This document shows positions 9,757 through 20,000 of a stretch of 20,000 bases of DNA, one piece after another. The notes under the pieces are model-generated. The model had not been told where the DNA came from. It saw only the letters and a list, made by a program, of their open reading frames with translations, and made no database searches. The DNA lies in assembly GCF_004010195.1 (NCBI RefSeq), contig NC_057711.1, positions 76,818,951 through 76,838,950 on the forward strand. Reading direction: 5' to 3'. The DNA comes from Chiloscyllium plagiosum (taxonomy: Eukaryota). Each line of letters begins with the position of its first letter. Within the stretch, counting starts at the first letter, position 1. The position numbers and the translations under genes are program-made.

Positions 9757-12242
9757 TCAATACTCTGACCAATAAAGGAAAGCATACCAAATGCCTTCTT
9801 CACTATCCTATCTACCTGCGACTCCACTTTCAGGGAGCTATAAGCCTGCACTCCAAGGTCTTTGTTCAGCAACACTCCCTAGGATCTTGCCATTAAGTGT
9901 GCAGGTCCTGCTAAGATTTGATTTCCCAAAATGCAGCACCTCACATTTATCTGAATTAAACTCCATCTGCCACTTCTCAGCCCATTGGCCCATCTGGTCC
10001 AGATTCTGTTGTAATCTGAGGTAACCCTCTTCACTGTCCACTACACCTCCAATTTTGGTGTCATCTGCAAACTTAATAACAGTACCTCTTATGCTCACAT
10101 CCAAATCATTTATGTAAATGACAAAGTAGAGGACCCAGCACCAATCCTTGTGGCACTTCACTGGTCACAGGCCTCCAGTCCGAAAAGCCACCCTCTGCCT
10201 TCCACCTTGAGCCAGTTCTGTATCCAAATGGCTAGTTCTCCCTGTATTCCATGAGATCTAATCTTGCTAATCCATCTCCCATGGGGTACCTTGTTGAATG
10301 CCTTGCTGAAGTCCATACAGATCACATAAACTGCTCTACCCTCATCAATCAAAAAACTCTATCAAGTTTGTGAGACATGATTTCCCACGCACAAAGCCAT
10401 GTTGACTATCTCTAATCAGTCCTTGCCTTTCCAAATACATGTACATCCTGTCCCTCAGGATTCCCTCCAACTTGCCCACCACGGAGGTCAGGCTATAGTT
10501 CTCTGGCTTGTCTTTACCACCCTTAAACAGTGACACCACATTTGCTGACCTCCAGTCTTCCAGCACCTCACCTGTGACTATCAATGATACAAATATCTCA
10601 GTAAGAGGCCCAGCAATCACTTCTCTAGCTTCCCACAGTTCTTGAGTACACCTGATCGGGTCCTGGGGATTTATCCACCTTTTAACCATTTCAAGACATC
10701 CAGCACTTCCTCCTCTGTAATCTGGACATTTTGCAAGATGTCACTATCTATTTCACTACAGTCTATATCTTCCATAACCTTTCCACAGTAAATACTGATG
10801 CAAAGTATTCACTTAATATCTCTCCCATTTTCTGTGGCTCCACACAAAGGCCACTTGCTGATATTTGAGGGACCCTATTCACTCCCTAGTTACTCTTTTG
10901 TCCTTAATATATTTGTAAAAACCCTTTGGATTCTCCTTAATTCTATTTGCCAAAGCTATCTCATGTCGTCTTTTTGCCCTCCTGATTTCCCTCTTAAGTA
11001 TACTCCAACTTCCTTTATATTCTTCAGATTCACTCCATCTATCCTGTCTATACCTGACATATGCTTGCTTCCTTTTTCTTAACCAAACCCTCAATTTCTT
11101 TAGTCATCCAGCATTCCCTATACCTACAAGCTGTTCCCTTTCACCCTGACAGGAATAACTTTCTCTGGATTCTTGTTATCTCATTTCTGAAGGCTTCCCA
11201 TTTTCCAGCCGTCCCTTTACCTGAGAACATCTGCCTCCAATCAGCTTTCAAAAGTTCTTGCCTAATACTGTCAAAATTGGCCTTTCTCCAATTTAGAACT
11301 TCAACTTTTAGATCTGGTCTATCCTTTTCCATCACTAATTTTAAAATGAATAGAATTATGGTGGCTGGCCCCAAAGTGCTCCCCACTGACCTCAGTCACC
11401 TGCCCTACCTTATTTCCCAAGAGTTGGTCAAGTTTTGCACCTTCTCTAGTAGGTACATCCACATACTGCAACAGAAAATTGCCTTGTACACACTTAACAA
11501 ATTCCTCTCCATCTAAACCTTTAACACTATGGCAGTCCCAGTCAATGTTTGGAAAGTTAAAATCCCCTACCATAACTACTATCTAGCAGAATTTGCCCCC
11601 TCCTATAATTTGTTAATAGACATTTTTAGAATTTGTCATGTTGGAACAAACCAAGTATGGTTTTCTGTATTTACAGCAGATGGTTGTAATACAACAGATG
11701 CTTCAAGTCAGTGTTATAAGCCATATCACTTGGATAAAGCCATTTTTACAGCCATCTGACTTCCAACACATTACAATCTATAACTGGAAAGATTCTAATT
11801 GAATGCATTGATTAAAAAATTATGCCCTCATTTTGCATTATGCATTCAGTTAGCTGTGTTGAATTGGACTAGTGATGTATTGACAATTGCTGACATGTAA
11901 ACATGATAACATATACCAAGAGGGCTAACTTCAGAATTTTTATTGTGCAGTGAAAATCTATTGACAATAAAATATCTCCCACTTAAAGTTGGAATAAGCA
12001 AGAGACAGAGTAGGCAGTAAGTCAGTTTAGATACCATCTCTTCAGTTTTTAAAATTGGAAGTGAATCAACTTTTACCCATGTCAGTATGAACATTCCAGC
12101 TGTGGAAGTCCAAAATCTATCTGCAGTGGATGCCTTCTAGATATTGGTCCTAAGGGCCCTTTGAGATTCAGAATGAATGTTGAGCCTGCTGTCATTAAAG
12201 TCTGAGGACAAATTAGAGAATATTATGTGGCTTGGTTGGCCA

Positions 12243-12460
12243 TGTAGGAACAAAGGAGCAAGAATAGGCAATTCAACCTCTTGGGCACCACCTTCCATTC
12301 ATTATGATCATAACTGAATATTTCAATGTCTTTTACCCATCCCCTCCCCAAAACTCTGTACATCACTGGTAATCAGAAACCTATCAATCTACACCTTAAA
12401 CATACTCAAAATCTGAGCTTCCACAGCACTGTGGTAGAATTTCAAAGATTCACAAACCTA
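12243..12460 (-). mobile_element. CR1 LINE 3' end fragment, degenerate
   Basis: ggagcaagaataggcaattcaacc..atcaatctacaccttaaacatactcaa..tccacagcactgtggtagaatttcaaagattcaca is homologous to ~18468-18670. Confidence 0.75.
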
Positions 12461-13504
12461 CAAGGCCCCGTTTGCACAATCTCTCTTCATTGGAATAGTT
12501 CACTTTCAGGACTTCAATGTCTGAATTGCACAACATATTTTATTCTGTTCTCCTAAGCAAGCCTGTACCCAATGCCAGTGACAGATCAAAAATTAAACCT
12601 CCAGATAGCATGCATTCTCCACCAACTTCTTATCAGATCTACTTAAATGAAAGACAAGGACCAATTTAACCTCAAGAAGCTCATGTTGAGATTCAATTTG
12701 TTTCAGTTTTCAATGGAAGCTCAATCGCATAAACATGCATATCTGCTGTAGTAGGTATTATTCACACAGACTGAGGGAATTGTATAACTAAAGTTATAAC
12801 TTTATAACTAAAGATGTGGGGTCCATTGGTTAATCACACACTGAATATTTAGTATGGCTTAATCAAATAATGCTACAAAACCCTTAGTCTCATCGCAGGT
12901 CAAGAGAAGGACCCAGTAGAAAGGGTTTACTTGGCTAGTGAGAAGCTGGATTGAAATTTGAACAAAAATTCTTATGCTTTTCAATAATTTTGTAACAACC
13001 AGTTGTCTCAAATCTTAACAAAGGAGCATTCAATGATCTAAAAGTGAAAAAGATCCTATTCAGTGTCTATTAAAACTGAACTATTCTTGGACCCGACAAG
13101 TGCATGTGTTGATTGTTGCAGTTCCATGACTAGGAATAATGCTATATATCACTATATGCCGGATGCCACAGGATAACAATATACCCTGATTAAATGTTCA
13201 TCTTGACACTTTGGCCTAAAGTCTGAAATTATTGATGCAATTACAGTTTTCCAACCCTTTTATAAAGAAGTTCACCACTTACTCTGGCAGGTTTCATAGG
13301 TATAATTCCCTAAAATTTCCCATCCAGCAAAATCTTCTGCACTGTGCAAAGTGAGCAATTTGTCCATCATTTGGAAATTCAAAATGATGAGGGATATTGC
13401 CAGTGACTAACAAGGCAAATTCCCACTTGTAAGACGAAAGTTAAAGATGGAAAGGAATTAGCCAAGAAGACAGCTATAATTGGCTGGTGAATTATCGTTC
13501 AGTC

Positions 13505-15110
13505 CAACATGGGAACAGGCCTTTTGACCCACAGTGTCTGTGCTGACCATGATGTCATTCTCTAAATTAAACCAGCTGCCTCGCATTATCCATAGCCCTC
13601 AACTCCCTCACAGTTCATGCATCTGTCAAAATGCCTCAAAACATTGCTATCATATCTGCTTCTACTACCTCCCTGGCCAGGCACCTATTACCTTTGTGTA
13701 AAAAAAAAACTTCCCTCATGTAACTCCTTTAAACTTTTTCCTCTTTAAACCTCTGCCCTCTAGTATGACATTTCCATCCTGGAAAAAGGCTAACTATTCA
13801 CCCTATTCATGTGTCTCATCATTTTATATACTTATACCAAGTTGCCCCTTATAATCCAACAGTCTTAACAAAAATAATTCAAGTTTGTCTAACCATGAGA
13901 GCTAATACACTCCAACCAAGGCAACATTCTGGTAAACCTATTTTGCATCATTTCCACATGCTTTACTATAGTGTTACACAATAGAATGGGACACAATACT
14001 CCAATTGTGGTCAAACTAAGTCTTGTACAGCTGCAAAATGATTTGCCAAATTTCATACTCGATGCCCCAATCAATGAAAGCAAGCCTGCCATATGTGTTC
14101 TTCACTGCCTTATCTGTTTGAATTGCTACTTTCAGGGAGCTATGGGTTTGCACCCAAAGATCTCTCTATCAATGTTCCAAAGGGTCCTGCCATTTACAAT
14201 ATACTTTTCTTTTGCATTTGACCTCCCAAAATACATCCTTACATTTGCCTGGATTAAATACCGTATGCCATTTCTCCACCCAACTTTCTGACTGATCTAT
14301 ATCCTGCTGTTCCTAACTATCTGCAATTCCACCAATTTTCATGTCATCTGTAAACTTACTTATCAAACCATACATATTTTCATCCAAGTCACTTATATAA
14401 ACTGCAAACATTGAGGTCCTAACACTTATCCTTAACAACACTGGTCACAGACCTCTGATCAGTAAACTACCCTTACATGTTAACTTTGTCTTCTATGACC
14501 AAGCCAATTTTGTGTCCAATTTACCAACTAACTGTGGATCTCATAACTTAATCTTCTGGACAACCTACTAGGAATGACCTTGTCAAATTCTTTGTCATTG
14601 TCCATGTCCCCACCCTCATTATTCATCTTTGCTCCTTCCTCAAAACTCAGTCAAATTTATGAGACAAGCCATCCCCTGTTCAATGTCATGTTGACTATCC
14701 CTAATAAGTCAATTCTTTTCCTAATGTGATTAAATCCTGTCTCTATGATACTTAATTTCCCTCCCATTGATGTAAAGCTCACTAGTGTATGATTTCCTGG
14801 ATCATCCCAGCTGCCCTTCTTAAACAAACTGGCTACTCACCAGTGTTCTGGGACCTCACTTGTGGCTAAAGAATAAACAAAGATCTGTTAAGATCCAAGC
14901 GATCTCCTCCCTTGCCTCCATCAGTATCCTGGGATAGATCCTACCAGGCCCTAGGAACTTATCTACCTTAATGTTTTACAAGACACCGAACATATCCTTC
15001 TTGATATCAATAAGCTCTAGAATGTCAACATACCCTTCCCTAATCTTACCATCATCTGTCTTTCTCCTTGGTGAATACAAATGTGCAGTGCTCGTTTAAA
15101 AATTTCACCA
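13505..15110 (-). mobile_element. Old CR1 LINE (RT region plus 3' UTR), heavily decayed
   Basis: 3' end catgggaacaggccttttgaccc; ORF 13889-14092 (QNRFTRMLPWLE); tcatctgtaaactt (KFTDD) at ~14345; collinear with the 8960-10800 element. Confidence 0.88.
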
Positions 15111-15111
15111 C

Positions 15112-15421
15112 TTAGATTAGATTACAGTGTGGAAACAGGCCCTTCGGCCCAACAAGTCCACACCGACCTGCCGAAGCGAAACCCACCCCATACCCCTACA
15201 TTTACCCCTTACTAAATTGCCCGTAGTGTTAGGTATGGTCAATTCACCTGACCCTGCACATCTTTGGACTGTGGGAGGAAACCGGAGCACCCGGAGGAAA
15301 CCCACGCAGACACGGGGAGAACATGCAAACTCCACACAGTCAGTCGCCTGAGGTGGGAATTGAACCCGGGTCTCTGGCACTGTGAGGCAGCAGTGCTAAC
15401 CACTGTGCCACCGTGCTGCCC
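15112..15421 (-). mobile_element. HE1-type tRNA-derived V-SINE, full length and relatively young
   Basis: Minus strand starts gggcagcacggtggcacagtggttagcactgctgcctcacag (A box); B box gggttcaattccc (~15355-15370); V-domain gtgtggagtttgcatgttctccccgtgtctgcgtgggtttcctccgggtgctccggtttcctcccacagtccaaaga; CR1-like 3' end with (tctaa)n tail; many CpGs retained. Confidence 0.93.
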
Positions 15422-15429
15422 ATAAATAC

Positions 15430-17503
15430 ACCTTAAGCATAGGCCCACCCCAGGGTGAAGACATTGGCTATTCACCCTATCCATGCCCCTCATGATTTCA
15501 TAAACTTCTATTAGGCCACCCCTCGACCTTCTATGCTCCAAGGAAATAGGTCTGAGCCTATCCAGCCCCTCCTTATAACACAAACCTTCCGGTCTTGATG
15601 ACATCTTGAAAATCTTTTTTATGCCCTTTCCAATTTATTAGCATCCTTCCTATAGCAGGGTGACATGATTTGTACGCAGTATTCCAAATGTTAGCTCAAG
15701 GCTGGTTTGCTGGAGAAACCCTGCAGCTCACTCCTGCTCAGGGTAAACATTGAACTAGAAGTTTATTTTCTGGGGTTTTAGGTGGATACTGAAGATTCCC
15801 GTCGAAATGAGCCACAGGCTCCATCTTAGTTAAGATGGCGGCAGCAGAGTAGCAGTGTAGTGTGCAGGCTTTTTATTTTTTCAAATGTTTCTAGTTGTTA
15901 TAGTTATCAAGATCTACCTTGCTGCCTTTTAACAGCTTCAGTGGAAGGTTTCTCCCAGATCAGTGAGGTCGCTTCCAGCAGCCCAACATGGCAGTCTTCC
16001 AGTGTGGTGGCCTCAGCCCAAAATGGTGGTTTGGTCTTAGCCCGGAATGGTGGTCTCATCCCAGCTGCATCTTCAAAGTATTCCATTGTTCCTTTAATCG
16101 GCTTTCCTGAGCCCAGGAGCTGTTAACTGAACTGTGATGAACTTGATCTTAATTTCATTTTTTCAAAATTATTATGTATGAAATCAGTTATTAATATAGG
16201 TGCTGTGGTAAGTTGACTTAAAACTTTTCACTGTATTTGTCATGTTAAAGGACACATGATGATAAATTGCTATTCTAAATGTAGCCTTCCCAAAGTCTTG
16301 TACAGCCATAACATGACATCCCAACAACTATACTCCATGCTCTGAAGGCAAGCATGTCAAATTACTACTTCACCACCGTCTATTTGTGACACGACTTTCA
16401 AGGAACTATGCCTCTGTACTCCTAGTTCTCTTTATTCGACAACACTTCCCAGGACCCTACCATTAACTGTTATTCCTGACCTAGTTTGTCTTACCAAAAT
16501 GTAACAACTTGCGTTTATTTGAATTAAACTCCATCTGCAATTTTTTTGGCCCATTGGCCTAGTTGATCAAATCCAGTTAGTGCTCTTAGATAACATTCTT
16601 TGTCCATTATACCACCAGTTCTGGTGTAATCTACAAACTTACCATGCCTCTATATTCTCATCCAAATCATTTATATAAATGCCAATCAACAATGGACTCA
16701 GTATCAATCTTTGTGGCACACTTCTGGTCACAGGCCTCCAGTCTGAACAACAGCTCGCTACCACCACCCTCTGTCTCCTACCATTAAGCCAATTTTGTAT
16801 CTTAGTGGCTAGCTGTCCTTGGATCCCCTGTGACCTAATCTTACTAACCAGTCTACCATACAGAATCATGTCAAAAGCCTCACTAACATCCATGCAGATA
16901 TTGTCTACCACTCTGGTTTCATCTACCTTCTTGCACACCTCTTCAAAAAACTCGATCAAATTTGTGAAACAAGCACAAAGCCATTCTGACGATCCCTAAT
17001 CAATCCTTGCCTTTCCAAAGGCATATGGACCCTGTCTCTCAGAATCTCCTCCTACAACCTACCCATCGCTGACATGAGACTCATCGGTGTGTGGTTCCTT
17101 GGTTTTTCTTTGCAGGCTTTTGTAAACAATGGCATAGCCTTAGCCACAGTTCAATCTTCCAGCACCTCACATATAGCTGTCAATGAAGCAATTATCTCTA
17201 CTGGGTGCTCCTTGTTTTTTTTTCCCCCTAGCTTCACACAATGTCTTCGGGGACATTTGATCAGGTCCCAGGGATTTATCTACCCTTATGTATTTTAAGA
17301 TCTCCAGCATCTCCTCTTCTGTAACATGGACTCTTTCAAGATCACTATTTATTTCCCTGAATTCCCTAGCCTCCATGTCTTTCTCCATGGTAAATGATGT
17401 GAAATATTTTTTAGGATCTCACCCATCTCCTGTGGTCCACACATAATTCCACATAGTTGTCATTAAGAGGGTCATAGTCTCTTTTTTTTTTTCCCCTTAA
17501 CAT
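15430..17503 (-). mobile_element. CR1 LINE fragment, decayed, interrupted by the insert at 15692-16270
   Basis: RGGLIEVYEIMRGMDRV (within 15239-15604 ORF); IEFFEEV..QNWLNGRRQRVVV..YINDLDE (16639-16959); DKSLGPDQMSPKTL (17167-17388). Confidence 0.9.
15692..16270 (+). mobile_element. Non-autonomous retroposon-like insert with L2-type 3' tail and 12-bp TSD
   Basis: TSD tattccaaatgt (15680-15691) / tattctaaatgt (16271-16282); the CR1 resumes on both sides. 3' end aaacttttcactgtatt..acacatgatgataaa resembles L2-clade tails. Confidence 0.6.
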
Positions 17504-18214
17504 TGTTATGATGTTATAGGTGTATTGTACCTTTGAGAGAATGAAAGCTGGTAAGGATTTAACAAGCACTGTGCTGAAAAAGTTTAAATGTAACATTTGG
17601 CTGTGAAACAAATAGCTGCAGCTGAGTTGTCATGTTATATAACAAATTCAAATTTGGCCAGTCAGTTTAAATTATGCCCTAAGATACCAAACTCCCATCA
17701 AATTTGAATTTGTGGTTTAATGTCATCAAAACAATGAGATGACCCAATGTTTTGGGGTATAAAAATCGGGCATTTTGAACAGTTAGCCAGAGCAGCAAAA
17801 AGCACCATACTGCCTGTGGACCCTCTTTCTGAAATGTACCTTTTCACATGAAATCTGTACAGCAGAAGACTAAAGAAAAGATGACTTAGGAGAATCTACA
17901 GAGAAAAATACAAAGGGAAGATGGCAGCTGGCTGGTTTAGAAATGTAATTCTTTTTAACTTAATTGGGGCTTTGATGGGATCAGTATTGTTGTAGAGTAG
18001 GAAGTAGATAAATCGTTAAGACAAAGGAGGTTTACAGTGTAGATGTTTAATGCTTTCTTTTTCTTGGAGTCAAAGAACAAACTGTTAATTTTTTTCTTCA
18101 GATAGTGGGATTTGACAGTTTGTTGTTACTCATACTTTTACAGATTACGAGGTGAAGTGAGCTTTTCTGTGTGTCTGGTTTAAATTAGCAGAAGTATTTC
18201 CCCGTGTTGTAACA
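17504..18214 (+). mobile_element. Solo LTR-like element (711 bp)
   Basis: Termini TGTTA(17504)...TAACA(18214): TG..CA with a 5-bp inverted repeat. Internal TATA gggtataaaaa at ~17755-17765; no long ORF. No short TSD seen. Confidence 0.6.
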
Positions 18215-18215
18215 G

Positions 18216-18452
18216 CAGGTCCCAGGGATTTATCTACCTTTTGTTTTAAGACCCCAGCATCTCCTCTTCTGTAATATGGACTCTTTCAAGATCACTCTTT
18301 ATTTCCCTGAATTCCCTAGCCTCCATGTCTTTCTCCATGGCAAATGATGATGTGAAATATTTTTTAGGATCTCACCTACCTCCTGTGGTTCCACAGTTCC
18401 ATATTGTTGTCATTTAAGAGATAATGTTCTCTCCCTTTTTTGCCCTTAACAT
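18216..18452 (+). repeat. Direct duplicate of 17262-17503 (CR1-derived segment)
   Basis: Both copies begin caggtcccagggatttatctacc and end cccttaacat; both contain atttccctgaattccctagcctccatgtctttctccatgg. Confidence 0.92.
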
Positions 18453-20000
18453 AAGATCATAAGACATAGGAGCAGAAGTAAGGCCATTCGGCCCATCGAG
18501 TCCACTCCGCCATTTAATCATGGCTGATGGGCATTTCAACTCCACTTACCTGCATTCTCCCCGTAGCCCTTAAATGTTTGATGTCACAAGGAATGATCAA
18601 TTTCTGCCTTGAAGACACTTAGCGTCTCGGCCTCCACTGCACTCTCTCAATGAATTCCACAGGCCCACCACTCTCTGGCTGAAGAAATGTCTCCGCATTT
18701 CTGTTCTGAATTTACCCCCTCTAACTCTAAGGCTGTCTCCACGGGTCCTAGCCTCCTCGCCTAACGGAAACAATTTTCTAGCGTCCACCCTCTCCTAGCC
18801 ATGTATTATCTTGTAAGTTTCTATTAGATCTCCCCTTAATCTTCTAAACTCCAATGAATACAATCCCAGGATCCTCAGCCGTTCCTCGTATGTTAGACCT
18901 ACCATTCCAGGGATCATCCATGTGAATCTCCGCTGGACACGCTCCAGTGCCAGTATGTCCTTCCTGAGGTGTGGGACCAAAACTGGACACAGTACACCAA
19001 ATGGGGCCTAACCAGAGCTTTATAAAGTCTCAGTAGCACAACAATGTTTTTATATTCCAACCCTCTTGAGTTAATTGACAACATTGCATTCGCTTTCTTA
19101 ATCACAGACTCAACCTGCATGTTTACCTTTAGGGAATCCTCAACTAGCACTCCCAGATCCCTCTGTACTTTGGCTTTACGAATTTTCTCACCGTTTAGAA
19201 AGTAGTCCATGCTTGTATTCTTTTTTCCAAAGTGCAAGACCTCGCATTTGCTCACATTGAATTCCGTCAGCCATTTCCTGAACCACTCTTCCAAACTGTC
19301 TAGATCCTTCTGCAGCCTCCCCACTTCCTCAGTACTACCTGCCTGTCCACCTAACTTTGTATCATCGGCAAACTTCGCTAGAATGCCCCCAGTCCCTTCA
19401 TCCAGATCACTTATATATAATGTGAACAGCTGCGGCCCCAACATTGAACCCTGTGGGACACCGCTTGTCACCGGCTGCCATTCTGAAAAAGAACCTTTTA
19501 TCCCAACTCTCTGCCTTCTGTCAGACAGCCAATCCTCAATCCATACCAGTAGCTCACCTCGAATACCATGGGCTCTCACCTTGCTCAGCAGCCTCCCGTG
19601 TGGCACCTTATCAAAGGCCTTTTGGAAGTCTAGGTAGATAACATCCACTGGGTTTCCCCGGTCTAACCTACTTGTCACCTCTTCAAAGAACTCCAACAGG
19701 TTTGTCAGGACGACTTCCCCTTACTAAATCCATGTTGACTTGTTCTAATCCGACCCTGCTCTTCCAAGAATTTAGAAACCTCATCCTTAATAATGGATTC
19801 TAGAATTTTACCAACAACCAAGGTTAGGCTAATTGGCCTATAATTTTCCATCTTTTGCCGTGATCCTTTCTTGAACAAGGGGGTTACAACAATGATCTTC
19901 CAATCATCCGGGACTTTCCCTGACACCAGTGACTTTTGAAAGATCTCAACCAACGCCTCCACTATTTCCTCAGCCACCTCCCTCAGAACACTAGGATGTA
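18450..20000 (-). mobile_element. Comparatively young CR1 LINE (ORF2 RT domain plus 3' UTR), continues beyond the window; frameshifted
   Basis: 260-aa ORF 18914-19696 with YLDFQKAFDKVPH, SGVPQGSMLGP and KFADDTK; flanking ORFs ENYRPISLT..SQHGF and LERVQRRFT..GLYSLEFRRLRGDLIETYKI. Frame breaks near 19710, 18975 and 18795. Tail (cataaga)n at ~18450-18468. Confidence 0.97.

Larger units (their letters stand above)
8960..11575 (-). mobile_element. CR1 LINE covering most of ORF2 (late APE endonuclease through RT) and 3' UTR; frameshifted; contains a nested PLE
   Basis: Collinear ORF fragments VGDFNFPNIDW (endonuclease), DSQHGFVRGKSCLTNLIEFF, MDFSKAFNKVPHGR, YINDLD..KFADDTKIGG and WQMEFNSDKCEVLHFG; 3' end acagcatggaaacagacccttc at ~8969-8990. 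Confidence 0.95.

Noticed and set aside
11061..11516. 151-aa plus-strand ORF (likewise 9791-10024, 16679-16999 and 19209-19637)
   Set aside because: Antisense shadows of CR1 ORF2, not independent genes.
12075..12222. Possible minus-strand exon (acceptor ttctctaatttgtcctcag, donor gtaaaa)
   Set aside because: All three frames hit stops before the donor and no protein is recognised.
13276..13415. Possible minus-strand exon ending in a gtaagt donor with one open frame (SLAISLIILNFQ...YETCQ)
   Set aside because: Weak acceptor, no recognisable homology and no partner exons; compatible with chance.
15345..15421. tRNA gene
   Set aside because: The A/B boxes belong to the tRNA-derived head of the HE1-type SINE, followed directly by the V-domain.
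15789..15810. ctgaaga...gaaa as a third hammerhead
   Set aside because: The intervening ttcccgtc cannot form stem II and no stem I/III is evident.
18914..19696. Functional or domesticated reverse transcriptase CDS
   Set aside because: It is an internal piece of CR1 ORF2 bounded by frameshifts, with an ordinary LINE 3' tail.

Overview
Repeat-dense vertebrate DNA, inferred to be elasmobranch (shark) from an HE1-type V-SINE, a SacSINE1-like DeuSINE and shark-type CR1 LINEs. No intact host gene, RNA gene or CRISPR array is supported. More than half of the called sequence is nested retroelement debris: about 8 CR1-clade LINE fragments (mostly minus strand, all frameshifted or truncated), 2 SINEs, a Tx1/L1-like 3' end, LTR-like pieces and two Penelope-like element (PLE) fragments. 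The most notable items are: (1) a PLE fragment with a 12-bp TSD carrying an apparently intact minimal type I hammerhead ribozyme (9586-9625, minus); (2) a hairpin-shaped PLE insert with a decayed hammerhead (3533-3703); (3) an unidentified decayed Pro/Ser/Thr/Gln-rich tandem-repeat ORF (about 105-3120, minus) spanning an 896-N gap between two LTR-like segments; (4) a solo-LTR-like element flanked by a ~240-bp direct duplication instead of a short TSD; (5) a ~580-bp TSD-flanked insert with an L2-like tail and a YY1 motif. Family names come from recalled consensus similarity, not database searches. I did not find a clearly novel biological system.
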